A DNA stretch of 64,000 nucleotides from Phoronis australis (lineage: Eukaryota > Animalia > Phoronida): the NCBI GenBank assembly GCA_002633005.1, contig NMRA01000377.1, forward strand, positions 254,982 to 318,981, written 5' to 3'. The notes under the pieces were generated by a model. It was given only the letters and a program-made list of their open reading frames with translations. It did not search any database and was not told the origin of the DNA. Below, in pieces: positions 38,801 to 50,800 of the stretch; position 1 is the stretch's first letter, and each line of letters opens with the position of its first letter. A program made the position numbers and the translations under genes.

Positions 38801-41800
38801 CAAGATTGAACAATATTATTCAAGTTTAACAAATACTATCCAAGCTTGGTCAATATAATTCAAGCTTGTCTAATATTAACCAAGCTTATACAATATCATT
38901 CAAGTTTAGGCAATATCAACCAATCTTATACAATATTATTCAACCTTGGCATTATTATTAAAGCTCGGCCAATATTATCCAAGCTTGACTAAAATTATTG
39001 TAGCTTGGGCAATATTATTCCAGCTAAACGGACCTACATTATTCAAGCTGACACACTAAGCTTGCATAACCTTGCCACATGGTGGCAAGCATTCCTATTT
39101 AAGCACACTTGAGTGTATTGCAGAAGCTACATTGCCAGGCATAAACAGGTCACAGGATGATGTGTATTTTGATGACTAGTCAGTAAGAAAGCAAGTATTG
39201 CTTGGTGACTGAATTCACTTAGGATAGTAAGATTAAATTATGTTACTGACCAGCAATGAACAGCAATGGCAGCCAGGATGCAAGGTTTTTCAAGAACCTC
39301 AGTGTTCGAAAAAGTGACTGTCTTAACTAGTTTATTCAAGAATTTTTGACACGCCTGATTTAGCTTACTCTTTTTCAAGCTAACCAAGCAATGCTATGTG
39401 AGCAACAAAATTCAAGTTTGGTATTGCTAAGCTTGATGAAGCTTAATCAAATTTTGCTAAGTACCTCGTGACTGTTGTAAGTCAACGGAGAACTCAATTT
39501 GTTTGATATCGATCACCGAGTCCTGCTTGAAGCCGTTCTCCCAGCGAATTCGTGCGATGAACCCGTCGCCCGTGCAGATCAGAATTTCTTCCCTGATGCA
39601 TATCATACTGAAAACAAACAATTAACTTCCAAACTAGGAAATGAGGGGCGCCATCACTAGATTATTCCCTTAAGTCTGGTCTGCACACCACCTATTGGCC
39701 ACATCACTAGGGTGGAGAATTGGATGAAATAACACGATACTGAAGAAAGAGAAAATACTTGAAAGCAAGGTAGTTATGCCAGAACTGAGTGTGGTGACCG
39801 GAATTTTTGCAAACTAGCCCTCTTGGCTATTTTAGCCCGTGGACATTTATTTGGAAAAATATGAACAGAGGTCTACATTGTACTTTACTTTACAATGAAA
39901 AAAGCTATTGTGATTCAGGTAATTTCCACAGAAAATTCTCAACTCCCTCGACCATCGACTCACATAAATCAACAAAAAACATTAAATTTCAACTAAAACA
40001 ACTGCGGGCAATATCTTTCTTTTAAGAGACTGCAATATCAAACAATGCTACCTGTACCAGCTAAGCTTATTGCAATTACATTCTCAAGAAAACTTTTGAC
40101 TTATAACTCGCACAAGTTTATTTACTTGAAAATGCCGCCCGGTATCTGCAGGTATGACAGTTGTGTGAGCTTCAGAGCTGGAATTCCCTCACCACACAGC
40201 ATGTCGTTGTAGTCACGGTGATGATGGTGATGGTGTTTCCTAAAGACAAACAATGAGATCTACAAAAGTAATTGACCATGAAGACATCCAGATTTGTTTT
40301 AATGAAAAGTGTAGTGCATCAGGTAGATAGACAATTAATTAATAACAAAATCGACATGATGCCAGAAGATGAAATGTAGACAGTCTAACCTTTGTTGGTG
40401 TTGCACAAATATGCAGTGTTTGTTGCCCACAGACGTGTCCAGCTCCAGGCGATAGAACAGCAGGTATCCTTTTGACGTCTGAAAATAACAAATCATGCAA
40501 AAATCTTTTTAATTTTAATGTTTTTCATTTTGTCGAAGGTGACACAATTCACGCTTCCCGTACTCTTGTTAAAAACATCACACAACATTTCTCCTGCACA
40601 CGTGTGCAAGTTCTATGAAGTAAAAAAATTGCATACAAAAATTCTATCAATGAAAATGCCAGCATATAGGGATCAATTCAAACAGCCAGGAAATTGACCC
40701 CTGCCACCTTTCACATTATTACAATACGCCCACTGGCAAGACTGCTGGAAAACAACAAAGACAGCTGGGGGAAGCTGGTTTCTGCTGAGAACATGACAGT
40801 CAGTCCAATCTAGGGCAACATGGTTGGGTTTGGAAGCTGCTCAACAGTGAGAGGTCATATTACATTAATTGCTAAGGCGCTAAAAAGTTGCCAAGGCGCT
40901 AAAAAGTTGCCAAGGCCCTAAACAGTTGCTAAGGCCCTAAACGGTGGGATAAAACTACAAGTGCCATCAAAAATATTATAGCCATGAAATGAATTTTGTG
41001 ACAAACTCTCGGCCAAACTTTAGTTGCATTAAGGACCAAACTCTGAGTTTGGCAATGTTCTGGTGAGTTATGGCAACCACCTGTTGTATAACAAACTCTG
41101 GCTGCCAAACTTTAGCTAGCAACCTCTGGCAAACTGTTTGGTCATTGTCTACAACTCAGATGAATTGTAGTTTGATTGAGTTAACAAACAAAATGTTTGC
41201 CATTGTTTAATGGATAGCACTAAACTTTCCCCCCAGGAAAAAGACCACTGGAATGTTTACAATGGAACTCTTATAATAAAAAATTCTATTAAGATAGTCT
41301 ACAGATTTGTCCAGCCAGTGAAGACTACAATCCCAGATTGTTTAACTTCTCACATAAACCTTTTGACTGTACTGAATAAAATCCTTGTTAACTGATGGCA
41401 TTATGGGAATAAACAAATACTTTTTCACTGAAGTGCCTATACAATCATGGCGACACACCATAGTGACTTTTATTGCTGGGCCTGTCCTACATTCCTAAAG
41501 GCAAACCCTTCCCAAATACAGTTCAGTAAATAGAAAGTTAAATAACATTAAATAATCTGCCACAAAACTGACACAGTAAGTAACCTCCGAACTTTATTCA
41601 GGCTACAAGAGACTATAAAGTTTTGAGAACTTAGGGGACAATGCCGTTCCAGAGGAATGGAAATCACATATGGCCAGCAAACCCAAGTGTGTGTTTCTGC
41701 ACTTTGTGCAAGCACTGACTGTCATGTGTCCTGCAGTTTTATCTTTATTTCTACATACAGAGTATATTTAAACAATGAATTGTTAATATGATTGAAAATG

Positions 41801-44800
41801 TATAGGGACCGTTTTATGCAAGGCCGCTAATTTATGGAGTTGTTCCTTATTTATTATCAATGTAATAGAGGTTTGGTTTTAACATTTTCAGAAAATATCA
41901 AGAAGTAATAGAGGAGTTCACAAGTTTTCTGTTTTTACATGAGGAACAGTTTTCACGGTGCAACTAATGCTCCACATAATCAATTCGCATTTACACCACA
42001 TTGGACCGCAAACTGAATCACCACGAGTCGTATACAGGAAGACTGTCTGGGCATGCTCACATAAGTAGTAATATACACTTTATTCACTTTAAGTCAAAAA
42101 CCAAAAAATACAATTGATACAAATTTATGCTTATGGAGACTCCGTGAAGGACCAGAAAGGTCCGCTGACCACGGAGCCACCAGAACCACGGAGCCACCAG
42201 CAATAGCGAACATCCAAACCACGTGGAATGCCGGCGCAACCACATTGAAAGATGGTTCTTTTCCACCCTGCCCCAGTTTGTGTTTATAGACACGTAGTTA
42301 GCACTGATGAGTGTAACTCACTCTACCTCTCAAAGCGGTGTCAAAAATGGCTGCCGGTGTCAAAAATGGCTGCCAAGGGGTGTCAACTTGATGGTGTCTT
42401 TACACACACACATGCACCCAATCAGCTGTTCCCAGTTAGTTGACCAGGGACAGCTGTCTCCCATCCAAATGCAAGTTATGTGACAAGAAAGAGGAAATGA
42501 AGTCTACTAAAATACTGGTGCAGATTTAGGGATCTTAGTTGAGTCCCTGTTGAGACTCACTGCTTCATGTGACAGGCCACAGGAAGCCACAGACTGTGCT
42601 TGTGGTATGAATTGTTACAAGACTAGTACAGACCATAATAGCACACATTGTTCTAAATTAATAACTACACTGCAAATTACCTCTGCATGCACCCTGATTA
42701 TGTTCATTACCCAACATTAAGCCAGTGATAGTAGAATAATTGACATACCACAAGCAACATCAATTAGGCTTTTAANAGTAAGTGACCTCCGAACTCTATT
42801 CAGGCTACAAAAGACTACAAAGTTTTGTGAACTTAGGGGACAATGCCATTCCAGAGGAAAATCTAATGGAAATCACATATAGCCAGCAAACCCAAGTGTG
42901 TGTTTCTGCACTTTGTGCAAGCACTGACTGTCATGTGACCTGCAGTTTTATCTTTATTTCTACATAAAGAGTATTTATTTAAACAATGAATTGTTAATAT
43001 GACTGAAAATGTATAGGAAGCGTTTCATGCAAGGCCGCTAATTTATGGAGTTGTTCCTTATTTATTGTCAATGAAATAGGGGTTCGGTTTTAATATTTTC
43101 AGAAAATATCAAGTTATAGAGGAGTTCACAAGTTTTCTGTTTTTACATGAGGAACAGTTTTCACGGTGCAACTTGCTCCACATAACCAAGTCGCATTTAC
43201 ACCACATTAGACCGCAAACTGAATCACCATGAGTCATTTACAGGAAGACTGTCTGGGCATGCTCACATAAGCAATAGCGAACATCCAAACCACGTGGAAT
43301 GCCGGCGCAACCACATTGAAAGATGGTTCTTTTCCACCCTGCCCCAGTTTGTGTTTATAGACACGTAGTTAGCACTGACGAGTGTAACTCACTCTACCTC
43401 TCAAAGCGGTGTCAAAAATGGCTGCCGGTGTCAAAAATGGCTGCCAAGGGGTGTCAACTTGATGGTGTCTTTACACACACACATGCACCCAATCAGCTGT
43501 TCCCAGTTAGTTGACCAGGGACAGCTGTCTCCCATCCAAATGCAAGTTATGTGACAAGAAAGAGGAAATGAAGTCTACTAAAATACTGGTGCAGATTTAG
43601 GGATCTTAGTTGAGTCCCTGTTGAGACTCACTGCTTCATGTGACAGGCCACAGGAAGCCACAGACTGTGCTTGTGGTATGAATTGTTACAAGACTAGTAC
43701 AGACCATAATAGCACACATTGTTCTAAATTAATAACTACACTGCAAATTACCTCTGCATGCACCCTGATTATGTTCATTACCCAACATTAAGCCAGTGAT
43801 AGTAGAATAATTGACATACCACAAGCAACATCAATTAGGCTTTTAAAGAAAATCATAAAATGTTTAGCAAAAAGTGTCGCAGGCAAGTGCTTCTTTTTAA
43901 AAACTTTAAGAAATATTTATGAAGTATTAAGTAATGTACAGTTTCAAAAATGATCTGGGTACAGACTAGAACTAGTGATTATTAAAACAAACTGATCTAT
44001 TTCACATACATATTTATATAAACTGGTCTGTTATTGTGCAAATACTACAACCCAGACTGATCTATTTTGCATACATATTTAATTATATCAACTGATCTAG
44101 TATTACACAGAATTGAATGTCACATCAAAACTATAGGGAGTACTGTGGATGCAAGAATCTCGCTAAGAAGCTTAAGTGATCATACGCTTCCCCTTGTAAA
44201 TACATGACTACTACCTCGCGAAGTCTTGCGTGTTCTTGCATTTTCGCATCATTCCTTGCCTCTACCGAAAGCATGTTAAGTCACAGCCAAGATGGTCATA
44301 TTTTTTTAACTTCAACTTGCACAGTTCATTAATGTGGTTTGTGAAAGCAATGGTTAATGTCAGAATATAAAAAATGGCAATCATTAGATCAGCTGCAACA
44401 TTTCAATGTTACAAGAGCACAGACTGCATTTACAAGTTCAACATGACTACAATCATCTCAGCTACCACCCACTGGGTGTACAGTTAAAGAGAATGCTTGA
44501 AAGCAAAATTTCAACTCTTTTAATATTGTATTAGTGTTGAGAAGTGATTTGATGAATTGAGAGCACAGATGTCAAGAGGCAGTTGAGGTTCTATTTACAA
44601 ACAAGAGACTTCCTGGGGAAATTTATATTACTGTTACACATGAGCCACTTAATGTGTGGGGGGGGTGGCTCTGTAAACTCATAAACCCCTTTTGAAGGGA
44701 TTGTTTGGACAACATAATTTTTAACCTATTAAACTTGGAAGAATGCAAGAATTAAGAGATAATGTTACCAAAAAATGAACAAATGTATAACAGAAACATT

Positions 44801-47800
44801 CATCTGATTATTTACGGCAATAGTCAGATATAATGTGCCCAGATTTTGAGAACCAGGTTGATGCCTGCTACTCAGTGGACAAAACTGGTTCTCAACATGT
44901 GCGCACATTATATCTTACCTTATTTGTGATTTGCAAAAGCAGTTTCAAATTCTCAAATTAAACCAAATGGGAAGAGGTACCTTTTCAGACGTAATTTTGT
45001 CAGAAAACGCGTTGGTTTTAAAAAACGACACCTTTCTCAACAGCACCTCCAATTTACCTCATGGACATCGTAAGCCCCCCAGGACATAACCACATGTTGA
45101 AGTAGTCAGTCCTGTCTGGCAAACTAACAGACCTGTAACATGATATTCCAGTCCAATGGCTATGTGTAATCCATATTCACTATTTTAACTTACAAAAGAC
45201 AGCTGGGCTAATCATTTCAGCAAACAGAAAACAGAGCACGCCCAAACAAGCAAAACATTCATATCAGTCAGGTTTGTGAAGGGACCTAAAGTGTGACGTC
45301 AGCGTACTGCTGGGGGTAAAGCCTCATCTTAATTCTACATAACTAATGCAACTTCTCTATGGGAAATAACATTAGGCCAAAAGTTGTAACTAGAAACACC
45401 CCATTTAACCTCTGTCATAAAAAACAGTACGGCTGATATCAGTAATCTGCATGCTTCACGGTAGCTGTGCCATCAACGTCAGATTCTAAAAGCTAACATT
45501 GTTAAAATTTGCCAGTTTGACTAATGCTGTTGAAAGTGAATACGCTACTGTTGCTCTCCAGTTTGGAGTAGTTGCTAGGAATGTGGTGTAATCACTACGT
45601 CTTTATTCTGCAACAGAATACTAGGCAAAAATTATGCAAAATAAAAAGATTGAAACTGAACCCCAAAAAATAACGAACGTGGTGACAGATCTGCCACTAT
45701 TAGACGCTATTTGGACCCACAAATTCCAATAGAAAAGCACTGTCAGGTCAACATAAACACAGAGAAATCAGGAATCTCAACTGGGAATCGAACCACAGGT
45801 CTCTAGATTGCCAGTCTAGTGCTCTCACTACTGAGCTACTGAGGACCCCATATCTGTGCAATTACTGTTTACAGCCAACTGTTTTGTCATACAGCCCTAA
45901 AGTTAGCTGTATACAGTTATTGCACAGATATCGGGTCCTCAGTAGCTCAGTGGTAAGAGCACTAGACCGGCAATCTAGAGACCTGTGGTTTGATTCCCAG
46001 TTGGGGTTCCTGGTTTTTCTGTTTATTTGATATATTTCACTACTGGCCAACATCACCGTCTATATATTTACTGTCAGATCAAATTTTCTTAAAAATTTTG
46101 TAGGTCTTGGCTTTTTTCTAATTCAGGTAAACACGCGAGTTTAGAACTTAACATTTTTACAAAATTATGGGTTTAGATTAATCGGTATGCTCCAACAAAA
46201 ACTACACCCATTGTATGCTTCTGAGAGTGATTACAATTGACCAGGTTCATGGCCAGGCAAAAATTTTCAAAATGCTTAGAAATTTACAGCACTGCTTAAA
46301 TCCCACCTAGCGATTATTGTTTCTAATTTTGGCATTTTAAATTTATTTGATTGCATCCAAAACGAGAAAATAACGTCGCGGTAAACAAGCCAATGATGGA
46401 AATCTACATAAGATTCTCGAGGAACACGGCATCCGATCACATCATTTACCTAAAACACAGAAATCAGGTTCAACCTTCCAAAGTAATCTGTGATATCATA
46501 GGATGTTTTGGAGTGGACAGCCCTTCTTTAATAGGGCCGTCTCGGAATACACGGGATAGAACTATTTGTCCCGGGATAAGAAAGAGCAAGACCTAGTTTT
46601 GAAAATCACATCCACGGGTATTTGTCCAGTTCATCATTTTTTCTTTCAAGTTGGAGTTGCAGCCCACACACAGCACAGCAGTAATATTTTGTTGGCATTG
46701 GAAGGACAAATAGAGTAATGCAAAAGAGAAAACTTGTAAAGAATCCAAACAACAGATAACATGTGAAACTCCAGTGGCACCAAAATGAGGCAGCAAATGT
46801 GCCTGACAGATGTTTACGGCATTGTGGGTAAATATAGCGAGTTTTGAGTGTCCCTGTGTAATCCGTGATGGCCCCATTGATCTTGTCACTTGCGTGTAGA
46901 AATACTCAGGTGAGTTCACATCTTGAGTGCTCACACAATATATATACTCTTACACAACAAACATGATATATGAACATAAAGCGACCAAGCAGATAATTAT
47001 GGATTTATTTATCAGCAGCGAGAGCTGCTAATTATGAATGCTACGCATGTTAATTGAATGACATGTTAATTAGTAGTATTTGCACACACCTGCATAAACC
47101 TGTGTTGAACAAATCAATATCTGACCAACACATCACAACAGGTTGATCATCAACATTGAATTCCAAAGTATTGTAACGGTCTCATTTCGGCCTCATTTCA
47201 TGATATGGTACTTTTAAAAACTGAGGCATTATCTGCATGAAAGTGGAGTTGCTGATATCTGCTGCAACGCACAATCCAACCACAAATCTCAGCGGTTGTA
47301 GTTCAACACTCTGATATTGTCAAACCTCACTCATAAACGATGGAGTATTTTAAGCATACTGAAATGTTGAAGTCAATGGCCTTGATTTCAGCTAGTGACA
47401 GTGTTCTCCACAACTTAATTGTTTTGACTGTCACTGCATCCAGTTTGAATGAAACATTTGATACTGTGCTGAAAAAACATAATGACAAAAGGCTACGACC
47501 CACACGCTGGTCGAGGAAATGGTGGTCGTAAGGTGCATGTCACTTTAAACAACTGCTAAATATTAGAATAAGATTCCCACAGAGGACTACTGAAGACAAT
47601 ATTCATTTTCTATAAACACATTTTGCCTCAATAAGAAAACAGCTAAACAAAATCTGCACAGTCATAACATTCACCATGGACTACTAATGATCTGAAGAAC
47701 ACACTTTTTGTAAGAAAAAGTTACATAGTTCATCACCATAAAGTAATGAAAACCTTTTCCATTACATTATTTAAGATAGGACAAGGTTTAGAACAGTGTC

Positions 47801-50800
47801 ATCGCACAAGCAACTGTGTAACATTCATCCAATTTAAATAAGTATGCAGGTAAACTGGTGACTTGCACCATAACAGTTGGAAATTACCAGCAGCTATTTC
47901 GAATGAAGGTAATTTCAGGCGCTTGAAGTAGCGACATTTAACACGAATCAGAAGACCAAATCGTTCACAAATGTGACTGAAGTTCATGGTACATAATAAA
48001 TGAACTTCATGTTTTGCACTGACCTCAGACATTATTAGATGGCCAGCGCAGTTGCGTGCCTCGAATGCAAATAAGCTCAGCTCACGGCACACCTTTGCAG
48101 CAAATGAACCTTGAGGATTTTGCCTCGCAAAGCAAGATAAATGTCTCATTTGTTGTATTTTTTAACCTCGCAAGTATAAATCTATATTACATGTGGGCGA
48201 AGACAGCTAAGTGTTAAGCGGCAAATTTAAAAAAAAACACGATCATGACTGCAACTGCCGAGGAATACAATTAATAGTAACTGTCAATTCTACAATTTCC
48301 TAGATGGCACTATGCTGGTATAATGACGGTTGAAAGTTCTCTGCTATGCCCCCCATGACTGAACCATCACATGTACTAGTTTACATAATTTATGCAGAAT
48401 GTTCCACAAATGCAGGCTATGTATACGGACACTGCTCATAAACCGAGCAATCAAATTCTCAGCACTAGTACAATAATTTTCCACCTATGTTGCACACAGA
48501 GGAATTGCAAAAATGGCCAGTTTTCCAAGGAGTAAATAATCATGGACAATTTCCTAAACATTTGTTTATGCCACTTACGATGAAACATGCTAGTAATGGA
48601 GTGAAATTGTTAAGGAGAAATTTTCCAAAACAAAATTCCACTTGTTGGTCGTAGCGTGAGCTAAATAAGGGAAGAATTACTGTAAAATTACAACAGGTGG
48701 CGCTTTAGTATCACACCAGGATGCACTACTATTGCAGGTTTTGCATATACAAACAGTAAACTATGGGTGCCACCTGTTACCCAGCTGACACTAACAGGTA
48801 AATGATAAGATATGTTCACATGAAAACGGTGTACTGGTTTAAAAGATAACAACTCTGGACCTTAGCACTTTTAAAACTGGCTTAAAAGTTGAAACTGTAT
48901 CTCACTTTTAACACTTTCAACGACAGCAGAGCCAACAAGAAATAATAGTAAAAGAAAAACACAGCAATAGAGTTCTAAGTTAAGATAAGAACAATTTCGA
49001 GCAGATACAGCTATGTTGGCCTGTTCCCATATATGGAAACAGGCCAACACAAAAAAAAACCGCCATGATGCAGCAGTACCTGATCAACTAGGACTCTATG
49101 ACAACGCACTTGGAGACTTACATTGGCAGGCGGAAAGAACATTAGGCCAAACAAAACAAAGTTGGTTCTGGTCTATATCGAGACTTATTTTGAGACCTGT
49201 GCTAACCAACTGAAAAGAGCCAAAAAACTGCCACCCTCTGCAGCAATTTCAGCAGAGTTCTTGTGTTCTTTTCAAAAAAGCTACACAAAGGCCCGTAAGC
49301 AAGGGTAAGCAAGGTTTGAAATGTCACAATTTGTCAACTGATGAGTAAAGAATCTCACCACTTTTGCTTGTCTCAGGTGATTTTCTTTTTTCTAGAAGTC
49401 AGCAACTAAGTGAATTCTGCACAACCAACTCAATTTTCAAAAAAAGAAAAAACAAAATTACAGCCTTCCTGACCATATCAACATTGTAAAAACGCATGCT
49501 TCATACATTTTGCACAACAGTAAAGATGCCCCTCCATCACTAGATGGCTAAAATACATCAGTCCCACGTAATTTGTTAACGCTAAATATAGTCTGACAAG
49601 GAAATCCCTGAATGAAACAGGCAGCTCAGTCGCAAAATGATGATGTCATCAACAACTCTTACCATAACGACGATCATACTGGCATCTGACTTCCATTCCG
49701 CTTTCTGATTGGTCCCAAACTGCGACACTGAATTTTCGGAGCGACGATGGCACAGAATTTGTACAGACGGCTGCAACAAAATGTCATGTTCGAAATAAAC
49801 AGACACTTACTCACCAGTATCCTTCACAATAATAACAATTTCATGCATGTCACTGCGGGGGAGGGGGGAGGGCTTTGAATATAGTTCCATTCATCAAACT
49901 GGCAAACAGTACAAATGGCTAAGCTGCCATCGGTAGGAACTTGTTGCAGTATGTCACATAATTTTTTAAATGGATTTCATAATTGTTTATCAAAAGTTGG
50001 TCACTCAAACTCATAAGAGCAGCATCCAAACTTGACACCACACTTTGTCATACCAGGGACAGTTTGTTGGAAAAATGGCAAAAACAGTTTCATTTGGTCA
50101 GGTAAATGGGAAATTTGTGTCTTTATTCCGAGTGCTAGAACTAGTATCAGAAAGACAAAGGAGAAATAGAGTTGGTACAAATTTGTACACTAAATATACA
50201 GCTTTGCGCAGGCTAAAAAACTGACCATATAAAATCTGACACAAATTTAGTGTCATTAAAAATTACACTCTTCCTTGAGTATTTAAAACTAAATTATTTA
50301 CCGGTGTCTGAAAATTGGACGTTCTAGTGTTATTCTGTTACTGACGTTATGAAGCAATCTTTTGTGTCGGCTTTTGGCGTCATGAAACATTGTGTCACCT
50401 ATTGGTCAGTTTCTGTTTTCGCTGGTTCTTCAATTAACAAAATTGTGTACATGTCACAACAAATTATCCGAACTGGTTTCATTTCATTACAAGTTTTTAG
50501 TATTTCAATACCAGCAAACCGAATTTCATAACAAATTTTGATGCTGCGAAGCTGTCATCATCACCCGAGAGATGTCGCAAAAATTTAGGAAATGGCATGT
50601 ATGCGGGTCACAAGCCTACTGATTTCAAAACGACGACAAACTGTTGCTAAGTTATAAAATGCAGACAATTATGCAAGAATATGATGTTTATTCGATTGGT
50701 TTTAACAACTACAACAGGGAAGATGAGAGTCAATCGACTCCCAGATTTTGCATGCACCTCGCCAGTCGTCAGCTCTCCATATAACATGGGGGGGGCACAC

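Noticed and set aside
42252-43514. Twin 63-aa ORFs (MVLFHPAPV...) as duplicated small genes
   Set aside because: They fall in an N-joined duplicate that is probably allelic, inside a repeat-like sequence, with no recognisable protein motif.
45933-46010. Functional tRNA gene
   Set aside because: T-arm and acceptor stems are mispaired, the B box is mutated in this arm, and it is one arm of an inverted repeat.
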